From contig CM035354.1 of NCBI GenBank assembly GCA_020137815.1, positions 1,116,001 through 1,180,000 of the forward strand: a stretch of 64,000 nt of DNA, in the 5' to 3' direction. This document shows positions 13,849 to 49,966 of this stretch, one piece after another. Below the pieces are notes generated by a model that ran no database searches, was not told the DNA's origin, and was given only the letters and a program-made list of their open reading frames with translations. The position numbers and the translations under genes are program-made. The DNA is from Hormiphora californensis. Its lineage: Eukaryota > Animalia > Ctenophora. Each line of letters opens with the position of its first letter. Within the stretch, counting starts at the first letter, position 1.

Positions 13849-14747
13849 CATTTACCGTGATCTCAGATGTTTTTCTTCTTAAAAGATCCTACAAACATGC
13901 TGCTGTTATAATCATGGTACCCGTGCTGTCTGGCGGTGCCGACCCGATCTGAGAATCAAAACGTGCTGCAGCCAACTGGTCAAATGATTGAAGTGCATGT
14001 GTGTGACGCGCCAGGTCATTGTTATGTTCCTTCTGGCGCGCACTCGTGTTACACACAGACCGTGGGAAGATTCCAACAACCGTCAGAGCAAGTCGGGGGC
14101 AACATGACAAAAGCAGAAAACAACAGGATTTTCTAAAAATTGAAACTCAAAAGATAGCAAACACAGTACATTACACACGCTTCACAATTTGTATTAACAG
14201 AATCAAATGCTTGTTCTGCTTCTCTCCCTCCTCGTTAAAGGCTAACTTTCTTTTTCTACGATACAGTTGACCTTATCATGCATCATTCCCCTGCTATAAA
14301 CTACATTGTGAATGAGCGTGTCTAGAAAAATTAATATAAGAAAAACAAACTTCACAATTCTCTCTCAATTCGTCTCTCCGCCCCGCAATTAGAATTAAAA
14401 ACAGAATACAACGAAGCTGGAATCACAACAACCACGTGATAAAAGCACACGTGGCTATAACATTCTCTCTGACGTCATAACATGTGTGTGACGTCATGTG
14501 TGACGTCATCACGACTAAAAACCTGGTTAGAATAATAGAAAAAACACCGTGCATAATGTATATATTGAGCTGATAATTATGTGTTGACTCAGAGATAAGA
14601 AAATTGTAAAATAATACCACGCGAGCCATTATATCTCTCTGTTATGTCCTCTCTGTCGATTTCCTAAACTTTCCAGTGTCAATCTTGTGAACACGATAAA
14701 ATATACTCCCTGTTATTATGACAGCTCCCTCTCTCTCTATCGCACCA

Positions 14748-39273
<24,526 letters not shown>

Positions 39274-39528
39274 TTCAACTGCAGTGTTGTTGTGCGGTTT
39301 TCAAGTGTCAAGTGCAGCACTGACAATGCAATACAGTCGTTATCCAAACATCGTACCGACTATAACTGAGTACACACACGGGTTAGTGCGGGGTCTTTAG
39401 CTGCGTGTAGACAACTAATACACAACAATTGTAAATATATAACGAAATAGATATACATAATGGCAATATGGTGCTAAAAAGGTCAAATAAAAATACATAA
39501 AAAGATATTTTCATGTCCTGAAAACTCT

Positions 39529-41361
39529 CTAATAGCCAACCAACGACAGCTTTGCTACATGATCCGTTTTCCTCTGCGTCGGTTTCAGATATCCCATGAA
39601 CTGAAGCTCTGAAATGCCCCGAATGAACCGGGCATGAATCTCACTAGTTAGTCTCTTGCTACCCAAAGATGAGCTATAGGACTGTATCCAATCGTGGAGG
39701 GATATCAGTCGACCATGTTCCTGAAACAACTCAAAGAGGTGACACAGATCAGGTTTTATCTCCACATCCTCGCCCTGTAGGTAGATGTGAGGTGAGGTTA
39801 GGGCACGGTGAATGCTAGCCCGACATCTCCCAACAAGCAGATTTCCCAATATCACGTGATCGGTCGCCCATATGATCTCGTGTAACGGCCATGTAGTTGG
39901 AGCTTTGATCATGCTCAAAAAGTCACTTATCCGAGAGGAGAACGTTAGCTGTTCCTCCTTACACCCCTCTCCGGGTTCCATCTTCTGGATTGTCTCTATC
40001 TCAGACCGCAGGACAAGAGTCAGCGCTTTTAGCATCTGTGGAACAGGCTCGGGAACCTCCTCACAAGCTGTAACCGCAGCAGTGAGCCGCTCTACAAAGG
40101 CATCTCGTTGTAGCATTGCAAAACACTTGAGTGCAACTTTGACTTCCTGAACCGTGTTGACTTGTCCACCGAGACACAGGGAGTACAACTCGAGGGGCTT
40201 GCTAACAAGTGCATTTCCAGGTAGATTCCTGATGAGAGAGTGCAGGACCCGGAATGTGTGAAAAAGAACACGATAGTTAGTGTCAAGGTCCTGTGACAGC
40301 TCCCTTATCATCCCCTCGTCCCCCTTTAGCAATTTACCGGCCCGGAATTTATCAGACACAACGAGACGTTCCACCTCACACTGAACGGAGGGAAGTTGTA
40401 GGAGTAGGGCTTTGTCAATGTCACTTAGAGGCTGTGTCTCCCGGGTTAGTTTTATAAGGGGTTGTGACATGCATTGATGGAGAAGGGCCACTCGGATAGT
40501 TTTCAGGACATCCTTAAGGCTGTAGTTAACCATACTAAACCTGCTGAGTAGCACTTCAAATGACCGGTACGAGAGCTTGAAAGGGAGGTCCGGGGAGAGG
40601 AGGGAGGATGTCAGGACACGCTCCAGCAGGAGAGTTGGTGAGATTACATCGGTAGGAGTGACGTTGAGAAGGGAGATGGAGGAACATGATAACCATTCAG
40701 TAGACAACTCCAGGCCGGTGGCCAGCCCGAATACAAAGAACAAGGTGAACCCAACCTCAGCCGCAGCGGTGTGACACAATTGGACGAGTGTGTCTGTTGT
40801 GGCGGGAGGGACTGCATCAAACCGGGGGAGGAACACGACCAATCCTGCTGAATCTTCCTTCAGATGCACCAATAGGTTCTTCAACAATAGCGTTCTTGTG
40901 AGAATCTTCTCCTCCGGTGAATTGGTTGTTAACAACTGACCAAAAATGCTCTTCATCAGATTTACAATGTCCTGTCCAGAGCTAGAATCCACGTTAACAG
41001 ATTTGATTTTATACTTCTCTCCAAGTATCCGTGATGAACTCTGATAAACACTGGTGAACTCCCTGAAATTTACACCTGTTTTTACCGTTAGAGTGGGGAC
41101 TCGGAGGAAATTAGACCGCTGCTTTGACATGTGTGAATCTACAAAACATGTCACGGCACCCACGACACTTTCTGTTACATCGCGGACAACCGACTGGACA
41201 GACGTCTCCAAACGAGACAGAGTGTTTTTATAAATCGTCTCTCGTTCCTGGCGATCTTCTGGTGACTCCTCTTGGTAGAGAGTAGGGAAGAGGGAGTCTT
41301 CTTTTAATTTGGAAGGTTTCACAACAAAACAACCCGTTGAAAGGGATGTAAAGTCTGCCAT
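39529..41361 (-). CDS. ORC3: Origin recognition complex subunit 3, intronless
   Basis: N-terminus SLSTGCFVVKP, FVFGLAT, PFKLS, and C-terminal winged helix GRLISLHDW...ARFIRGISELQFMGYLKPTQRKTDHVAKL, matching ORC3 termini. Confidence 0.93.
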   Translation of the reverse strand: MADFTSLSTGCFVVKPSKLKEDSLFPTLYQEESPEDRQERETIYKNTLSRLETSVQSVVRDVTESVVGAVTCFVDSHMSKQRSNFLRVPTLTVKTGVNFREFTSVYQSSSRILGEKYKIKSVNVDSSSGQDIVNLMKSIFGQLLTTNSPEEKILTRTLLLKNLLVHLKEDSAGLVVFLPRFDAVPPATTDTLVQLCHTAAAEVGFTLFFVFGLATGLELSTEWLSCSSISLLNVTPTDVISPTLLLERVLTSSLLSPDLPFKLSYRSFEVLLSRFSMVNYSLKDVLKTIRVALLHQCMSQPLIKLTRETQPLSDIDKALLLQLPSVQCEVERLVVSDKFRAGKLLKGDEGMIRELSQDLDTNYRVLFHTFRVLHSLIRNLPGNALVSKPLELYSLCLGGQVNTVQEVKVALKCFAMLQRDAFVERLTAAVTACEEVPEPVPQMLKALTLVLRSEIETIQKMEPGEGCKEEQLTFSSRISDFLSMIKAPTTWPLHEIIWATDHVILGNLLVGRCRASIHRALTSPHIYLQGEDVEIKPDLCHLFELFQEHGRLISLHDWIQSYSSSLGSKRLTSEIHARFIRGISELQFMGYLKPTQRKTDHVAKLSLVGY

Positions 41362-41545
41362 TCAACTAAAACTAGATGTATATATGTATGTACTTCGTTT
41401 TACATATTGCTCAGTTGATACATTTTGATTCTGACCGATCCAGCAAATTGCAATAACAAACAAGGTTCGTCAAGTATGTGCAAAAATTAATATAAAAATA
41501 CAAATAATACATACAGAGAACCAAATTCACATTCATTCAAAACTA

Positions 41546-42103
41546 TCACAAAGATTCAATAATCCACTCAAACGGTTTCATAGTAGTCTCATAATAGCAA
41601 GCATTGACATCAAAACATTTAAATTTCGATAACCGTTTCGTCGAGATGGACCAATAATTTAGAACTTCAGCTACTGTTATGCCAACCGTGCCCCGCATAT
41701 TAGCAACCAAAGCCACCGGACAGTCATTAGGAAAATCAGTATCGGTTATCATGGCAACACAAGATTCTTTCGACTGATCCAAATCACCAGCACTATCAAC
41801 AACGAACATCACAGCATTAGCCATATAAAAATAGTGTCTCCAAAGATTTCGACCAATTGAGTTGCCCGGAAAATCATTAAACAGAATAGTTTTTCCTTTA
41901 AATTTTAATTCTTCTTGACGTATACTTGGAATATGTACAGAGGTAAGGTGGTGGTAGAGAATTTGATCCAAAACTGCCGACTTTCCAGCACCATCGTTAC
42001 CATAAATATTGATAAAAACAGGGCGTCCCTGCCGTCTTGAAACAATCCCTCCCAGTGTTTCAGTTTTAAAGAGAAGCAAGAATAGCCTTTTTGTTGAACT
42101 CAA
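41546..42103 (-). CDS. ARF/ARL-like small GTPase with degenerate G2-G4 motifs; true start probably in an upstream exon
   Basis: G1 GNDGAGKS, G3 DFPG, RNLWRHYF, AVMFVVDS, PVALVAN, PFEWI. The ORF start codon is TTG, not ATG. Confidence 0.75.
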   Translation of the reverse strand: MSSTKRLFLLLFKTETLGGIVSRRQGRPVFINIYGNDGAGKSAVLDQILYHHLTSVHIPSIRQEELKFKGKTILFNDFPGNSIGRNLWRHYFYMANAVMFVVDSAGDLDQSKESCVAMITDTDFPNDCPVALVANMRGTVGITVAEVLNYWSISTKRLSKFKCFDVNACYYETTMKPFEWIIESL

Positions 42104-44678
42104 ATAAGCCTCTTCGGTCCTTTGAAACGAAAGCTGTTATAATCTTTTCCGATTGGATACGATAAACACTGCAATCCTCGGCACAGTTGACGTGAAGTCC
42201 CGGCTACCTTATCTCTATAAGAGAAAACGTTAGGTATCGTGTATTCAGAACGTTTCGATCGTTTTAAACATCATCATCACAAAATATCTATTATTCTGCT
42301 TTATAGCAACAACAATCGTGAGACTTCGCTAGACTCTAGCGGCTAGAGCCTAGGCCCTAGAATCCAAATTTTTTCCCAGTCCCGGGTCCTGAGCCACAAG
42401 AAATTATTAATTTGATAAGTAAATTTGATAATAACATATCCCTTCGTGGCATGAGGGTTTTATTTAGCCCTAATGTTTGTCTAGCCTCTAGGGGAAGTCA
42501 AAATAAATAAAATTTGACCTTGAAAAGTGTTTAAGAAAGGGCAGCGTGATCGATTTGGGCGCGATTATAATCTTGGTGCCTTGCAGCCTGTTTACAGGTG
42601 CGCGCTACCAAAAGAGTATACTTAGACCGACTTTTTTCAAACGGCTATAGCCATGGAACCACATGGCCGATTTGAGTAAACTAAACGGTATCAGTTAGAG
42701 AATCGATAGCCCTAACCGATAACCCCAAACCAAACCCTAACGGATAGCCCTAACCCGTCGCGCGCGCCAAAACTACGAATTGTTAGCAATGAAAGGCACC
42801 CAGATTTTAACGTTTTCCTCTCGATTTTAAATTTTGAGTTTTATTTTCAATTTTTTGACATTTTGAGATTTATCGCGCGCGCTCCGACGCGCAAAATATT
42901 AGCGCGCAAGTGAGAAAGCCACACTGCAAAATCGACGACATCGACGACATTTTTAATGAGCCTCGGCATCTTCCTCTGGCGGCGCCATGAACTATCGCCA
43001 GACCTGCTGGTGGCGTCAGACCCCCAGTCATCGGTGTCAAGTGCGGTCAGATCGCGTTGACGCCAGACAGAACACGAATAACCCGTCTGGCGCCACCGAG
43101 TCGGTGACCGACCCCATATGAGCGCACTGTCGTCGACAGTGCGCTCATATCAGAATCTCTATCTCATGAGATCTCATCAGGGCAATGACCATGGGCTGTG
43201 TGGCGGCGCCAGACCCCCATTTGCGACCCGACTATTATAATGCTTGGGTTTAGTACTCACTAAACGGTTATTCACTGTCAGAGCATTTGGACTGACCCTA
43301 TTCTCAGAACCTGAGAGCATGGGCCTGCAAGTGCAGGCTATCCAAGTTGGATTACAACATCATCTTGCCATTTATCACAAGGATGTCCCTTGTAATTTGG
43401 TGCCCTGTCTTTATATGAGGCATAAACTCTGGCCACTGGCACGTTATTTCAGATACCTTTCTCCCAGCGCGCCGCTGGGAGAAGGTAGCTGTAGTTTATC
43501 CGCCAGTGGCGGATAAACTGGTTTAAATCACGACGACGATCCCGAGGCGTAGCCGAGGGAGAGGCGGAGGGGTTTAAACCAATAACGTGCCATTGGTCAG
43601 AGTTTATGGGTTATATACCCTGCTTTAGTCGTTTGTTTCAAGTATTACACAATAACAAGAGAGAGAACACTAATGAAAACACACAAAGAGAACTGAGAAA
43701 CAGTCAAAAACATCTCTCAATTGAGTGTATAGTGTTTGGTAACAGTTACTAAGGAGAGAGAGAAAGAATTAACAAGATATGGGGCATGCCAGACATAACA
43801 CAGAGGAATTGAGATAGTGAGAAAGAAGGGGAGATAAAGAGAGAGTAATTGACGGAATGTGTTCTTTCTTTCTCTCCAATGTAGGGGAGATTCGCCTCAA
43901 ATGGGATACTTGGTCAAATGGGATATTGGGCTCCAGGGATTACTGTGGGATGTGCATGATTTTCTGACACAGGATGCTGTTCTGATATAATCTTACACCA
44001 TTCTTATAACGTTCAACAACTCATCTGAGAATTACAGTGCAAATAACACAGGGGTCCCCTTTGAAAAAAACGCAACTAGAAAGTTCAATCGAGCTCAGCT
44101 CGCTTTCTTATCTTTGTTGTGACTTGTATGCTAGATTTGACCGATCAATAGGTTAGTTTAAACAATTTTCATTCCACTCCTGCTATGAATTTAGTGATAA
44201 ATAACTATCTCATGACTTGATAACTTGATTTTACTTCATGCCTTGTTTTTGTTTAATGGGATGGTTTGCTGTTTGGCCAAATGGGGTATCCCATTTGACC
44301 AAATTTTTGGTATCTCATTTGACCAAAAATTTACTTTTCTTTAATTAGATTCGTAATGGCAGCGATTTCACGTCTAAAAAACTCGGAAAACCACTAGACA
44401 AAGCTGGGACACTGTCAGTATGAGGAAGGCCATCAAAGCTGTCAAGACAGGGGAATGTGGGTACCTCATGGCCTCGAAATTGTTCAACGTGCCCAAGAGC
44501 ACCCTCGAACGGAGAGTGAAAGGGAAGAATAAGTTTGCAGAGGGCGCCATGAAGATTCTGGGGAGCGGAACTACCATTTTTTCTGCAGATCTGGAACAGC
44601 AGTTGTGTGATCACTGATCACACAGGATCCTGCTACTGGAGGCGCATTTACGGGTGGGAAATTCACAACTGTGCTCCT

Positions 44679-45380
44679 CTAACACCGATGATGAGTCATA
44701 AGGGCCGATATGGATTTTGAGCGAGGTAATTGTACGGGGACCAATGCTCTGGTACCAAGACGGGTGTGCTCAGTAAACAGGAGACCCGTGCCGTTTGGAA
44801 CTACCTCATGAAGAACCTTCCAGACATGGATAATCATGTATCGCTCACGACGCCGCTGGAGGGACAAGATACCAAGATGTTGGAGCCGATCCCAGTACCC
44901 CATGCCGGAACAGCTCTCAATCCTACGTGTGAAGTGTCTTTGAGCCTCTTCAACCAGGGCGATATCAGACTTTTTCACCGGGCTCCATAATGGACAACAG
45001 TACTCCACCTGAGGCCTAATGATGGACTTCAGTAACGTTAGCATAGTATCATCGGATCTATCTCGAAACACACTAAGTGCCCAGCCACTCATCCGTCTAG
45101 CCTTGGCAGTAATGCTGCCTATGTGTTCTGACCAAGTGCAGTCTGCAGATACAAGGACCCCTAGATCTCTCACGGTGAAACTTGGTGATATTGTCTCGCC
45201 TCCGGGACCATTGTAAAGATAATTGTCAGTGGAGAAAGGAAGCTCCCTCAGGAGTTGGGTGGAGCGAAGTGTATAATTTATCACCTCAAACTTATCCTGA
45301 TGGAGTGACATATTGTTGTCTGAAGCCCAACGTCCAAATTCATTAAGACTCAGCTGCAGGTTATCTCTGTCGTTGAGTGA
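44679..45380 (-). pseudogene. Non-LTR retrotransposon RT C-terminal fragment (CR1/L2-like)
   Basis: VRDLGVLV, IRPQVEYCCPLWSP, SLQRRRERY; truncated on both sides. Confidence 0.85.
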
Positions 45381-45382
45381 CC

Positions 45383-46765
45383 TGAAAAGTTATTAAGAAA
45401 ACCTTGAAAAGTTTTTAAGAAAGAGCTGCGTGATCGATTTGGCATACGTTGCAGGCCCCTTATAATATAATATAAGGGGCCTGGAGGGAATACCGCGCTA
45501 GGGGGGAATACATAATCAATCATATCTCCGGTTCCAGATAAGGTACAGAAATCGTTTTGGTAGCGTTGGAAAGAGGAAGATAACAGCTTTCAAATGCAAC
45601 CGGTTTCAGGTCTCTATCTTATCAGGAACAGGAGATATGAACCAAACTCCGCAAAATCGAGTGCGGTAAAATCAAAATTTGAATGAAATTTTTAAAAAGG
45701 TGTCCCTGCAAGAATCTGTGACGTCACTTTTTGAAAACAACCCATCTTTCAACGGCTATTGCTCAGCCTCCTTAAGTCCAATTAACTTCTCTCAAAAACA
45801 GCAAGGTAGATAATCGTCAGATCTAACAACTGGTGAAAGAATAAAGTCAAACGGACTTCAGGAGCCAAAGTTATAAGCACCGCCGTTTTTTCGACCGCAA
45901 AGTTATCTTCGACCCAGCCGGGATCAGGCCAAACGCGCGCGCGGCATTCCCTCCAGTCCCCTCGTTGCGGGGGTGCGCGCATGAGGGGGCTGCAGCGCAT
46001 TCCAAGTGATCGATTGGCAAACGTTGCTGGCGCGGGATAAGGCAGCGCTTTTCAACGCGATCGATTATAAATTTTGAGTATACTCCATTTTTTTTCAACT
46101 GTTCACCCCCCAAAGTCGTGCGCGGAATTTTTTTGCGCGTCTATCACATGTTAACGTGTAGCGCGCGCAGCGTAAATTAAAATATCGCACGCGCACGAGT
46201 TGGGGGGTGAACAGTTGAATAAAAATGGACTTTATAGTCGAATTTTTTATTTAAGCGACAGGCCGCCGCGCATTCAAAGAGGTCGCGCGGCGTTGTATTT
46301 GCGCGTGATAATCGAGATCGAGTTCCTGGCAATCTTAAAACTTGAACCCAAAAGCGTTGGAAAGATAATTTCAAGACCTTTCCAACGCAACCAAGACCAA
46401 TTCTTTATCTCATCAGGAACGGGAGATATGAGAGAAAAGATTTCCCGAATTGTCACGCGCAAATACAACGCCGCGCGACTTCTTTGAATGCGCGGCGGCC
46501 TGTACGGTGGCAGATTCCGGCCAAGTGTTTTTTCAATCAAGTGAAATATTTTTGTTTGAAGTTTTATAAAAATTTTATTTCAAAATAAAAATAAACATGT
46601 CGTTAAAATATGGCCGGAATCTGCCACGCGGGTGGCAGATTCCGGCCAAGATTCTCAAAAAACCTTGGCCAGAATCTGCCACACGCGTGGCAGATCTGGC
46701 CAACCAACAAACTTGTTATATCAAAGCGAAAGCACTGTACCGAATTTTGATACGCTGAATCACGA
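45383..46765. mobile_element. Palindrome-rich DNA-transposon-like fragment
   Basis: Inverted repeats at 45451-45483, about 46068/46245 and about 46258/46503. The left end ccttgaaaag..gcgtgatcgatttgg is shared with 42518-42558. Confidence 0.55.
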
Positions 46766-47551
46766 TTCAACGTGCCCAAGAGCACCCTCGAACGGAGAGT
46801 GAAAGGGAAGAATAAGTTTGCAGAGGGCGCCATGAAGATTCTGGGGAGCGGAACTACCATTTTTTCTGCAGATCTGGAACAGCAGTTGTGTGATCACTGA
46901 TCACACAGGATCCTGCTACTGGAGGCGCATTTATTTGGTTTGAAGATAACGGACATCCGTCCACTGGCCTACGAGCTCGCAGAGCGACATAATATCAAGC
47001 ACAAGTGAAAGTGGTTGACCTCGATGACGTCGTTCTAGTGTTGGGAAAACCAGCTGTGGCCCCCAAGACTAGCAAGCGGTTGTCGTCTCAGCTACTGTTT
47101 GAAGACCCGCGGCTCCAATCTTTCCAGCCGATTTACTAGCTAGTAGCTTCTAATGTCTGCCAGACTCTATGTATAGATACGAATCATAACGTATCCCCTT
47201 GTATTTCTCTCTGACATCTCTAATGTCTGTTTATGATGATTAGCATCTGTCGTAGTAGTGTAAAACTTCATTTAGGTCAAATGGGATACCATTTTTTGGC
47301 CCAAATGGGATATCCCATATTACCAAAAAGTACTATCCCATTTTACCACATTTTATTTCGGCTGTAAAATTTGCACCCCAAATGGGATATCACGATATTC
47401 ACGCATCAGAGCATATTGGGCACATAAAATCATATTGGGGATATATATTGGGGCAAAACAGCATCCTGGGTTGTTAATCAGAAGGGATGAGTGTAATAAC
47501 GTATGAGGTGTAGTCAAAAATATAATGGTATCCCATTATACGCTAATCTCC

Positions 47552-48938
47552 GGGGAGATTCGCCTCAAATGGGATACTTGGTCAAATGGGATATTGGGCT
47601 CCAGGGATTACTGTGGGATGTGCATGATTTTCTGACACAGGATGCTGTTCTGATATAATCTTACACCATTCTTATAACGTTCAACAACTCATCTGAGAAT
47701 TACAGTGCAAATAACACAGGGGTCCCCTTTGAAAAAAACGCAACTAGAAAGTTCAATCGAGCTCAGCTCGCTTTCTTATCTTTGTTGTGACTTGTATGCT
47801 AGATTTGACCGATCAATAGGTTAGTTTAAACAATTTTCATTCCACTCCTGCTATGAATTTAGTGATAAATAACTATCTCATGACTTGATAACTTGATTTT
47901 ACTTCATGCCTTGTTTTTGTTTAATGGGATGGTTTGCTGTTTGGCCAAATGGGGTATCCCATTTGACCAAATTTTTGGTATCTCATTTGACCAAAAATTT
48001 ACTTTTCTTTAATTAGATTCGTAATGGCAGCGATTTCACGTCTAAAAAACTCGGAAAACCACTAGACAAAGCTGGGACACTGTCAGTATGAGGAAGGCCA
48101 TCAAAGCTGTCAAGACAGGGGAATGTGGGTACCTCATGGCCTCGAAATTGTTCAACGTGCCCAAGAGCACCCTCGAACGGAGAGTGAAAGGGAAGAATAA
48201 GTTTGCAGAGGGCGCCATGAAGATTCTGGGGAGCGGAACTACCATTTTTTCTGCAGATCTGGAACAGCAGTTGTGTGATCACTGATCACACAGGATCCTG
48301 CTACTGGAGGCGCATTTATTTGGTTTGAAGATAACGGACATCCGTCCACTGGCCTACGAGCTCGCAGAGCGACATAATATCAAGCACAAGTGAAAGTGGT
48401 TGACCTCGATGACGTCGTTCTAGTGTTGGGAAAACCAGCTGTGGCCCCCAAGACTAGCAAGCGGTTGTCGTCTCAGCTACTGTTTGAAGACCCGCGGCTC
48501 CAATCTTTCCAGCCGATTTACTAGCTAGTAGCTTCTAATGTCTGCCAGACTCTATGTATAGATACGAATCATAACGTATCCCCTTGTATTTCTCTCTGAC
48601 ATCTCTAATGTCTGTTTATGATGATTAGCATCTGTCGTAGTAGTGTAAAACTTCATTTAGGTCAAATGGGATACCATTTTTTGGCCCAAATGGGATATCC
48701 CATATTACCAAAAAGTACTATCCCATTTTACCACATTTTATTTCGGCTGTAAAATTTGCACCCCAAATGGGATATCACGATATTCACGCATCAGAGCATA
48801 TTGGGCACATAAAATCATATTGGGGATATATATTGGGGCAAAACAGCATCCTGGGTTGTTAATCAGAAGGGATGAGTGTAATAACGTATGAGGTGTAGTC
48901 AAAAATATAATGGTATCCCATTATACGCTAATCTCCCC
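47552..48938 (+). mobile_element. Pogo/Tigger-like non-autonomous DNA transposon, copy 2 (1387 bp, uninterrupted)
   Basis: Apparently identical to copy 1 outside the insert; ends AATCTCCCC followed by TA. Confidence 0.9.
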
Positions 48939-49140
48939 TAGTGTGTAACTCTTGCAAATAGTGTTCCCTCTGTATTTCAGTAAGAACTGATCATTTACAC
49001 TCACTTTGAATGTAACATAGGAGTTAATAATAAATAACCTGCCAGTGGGAAATAATCTGCCGCTGGACTAGCTGTTTATTGACAGCGCGCCAGTGGGACT
49101 TCTCGCCACTGGCGGGTTATTTAAGTTAGCAGGGTATATA

Positions 49141-49807
49141 TGAGGCATAAACTCTGGCCACTGGCACGTTATTTCAGATACCTTTCTCCCAGCGCGCCGC
49201 TGGGAGAAGGTAGCTGTAGTTTATCCGCCAGTGGCGGATAAACTGGTTTAAATCACGACGACGATCCTGAGGCGTAGCCGAGGGAGAGGCGGAGGGGTTT
49301 AAACCAATAACGTGCCATTGGTCAGAGTTACGGGTTATATACCCTGCTTTAGTTGTTTGTTTCAAGTATTACACACTAACAAGAGAGAGAACACTAATCA
49401 AAACACACAAAGAGAACTGAGAAACAGTCAAAAACATCTCTCAATTGAGTGTATATTGTTTGGTAACAGTTACTAAGGAGAGAGAGAAAGAAATAACAAG
49501 ATATGGGGCATGCCAGACATAACACAGAGGAATTGAGATAGTGAAACAAAAGGGGAGATAAAGAGAGAGAAATTGACGGAATGTGTTGTTTCTTTCTCTC
49601 CAATGCAGTGTGTAACTCTTGCAAACAGTGTTCCCTCTGTATTTCAGTAAGAACTGATCATTTACACACACTTTGAATGTAACATAGGAGTTAATAATAA
49701 ACAGCCAGCCAGTGGGAAATAATCTGCCGCTGGACTGGCTGTATATTGAGAGCGCGCCAGTGGGACTTCTCGCCGCTGGCGGGTTATTTAAGTTAGCAGG
49801 GTATATA
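49141..49807 (+). mobile_element. Repeat family A, copy 2 (head-to-tail with copy 1)
   Basis: Junction agcagggtatata|tgaggcataaac. Confidence 0.9.
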
Positions 49808-49966
49808 GTTCGATAACATCATACCACCTTGGAAAACAACTAAAACTCGAATTTTTAAAAGTTTGCGAACATGATTTTCATCGAACAACAAGAACCTGCT
49901 ATACGAATTTAAACAAGAATCAATTTGAGGAGTGTCTATCTATCTTTCAATCTTCTTTGTGGGCGC

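Larger units (their letters stand above)
43884..47551 (+). mobile_element. Pogo/Tigger-like non-autonomous DNA transposon, copy 1, with a 2.1 kb insert
   Basis: TIR GGGGAGATT-CGCCTC/AGCGTAT-AATGGGATAC; TA duplication around the dimer; psq-type HTH remnant MRKAIKAVKTG..ASKLFNVPKSTLERRV followed by a CENP-B-like HTH with a stop. Confidence 0.85.
43414..49140 (+). mobile_element. Repeat family A (~670 bp), copy 1, interrupted at 43883 by pogo-like elements
   Basis: Starts TGAGGCATAAACTCTGGCCACTGG and ends TAAGTTAGCAGGGTATATA; homologous to copies 2-4. Confidence 0.85.

Noticed and set aside
42710-42756. CCCTAA telomere-like motifs
   Set aside because: Only three or four degenerate, interspersed copies inside a repeat-like region; not a telomeric array.
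49905-49929. tttaaacaagaatcaatttgag, weakly similar to the SL 3' end
   Set aside because: Short, AT-rich and mismatched, antisense in a 3' UTR; compatible with chance.
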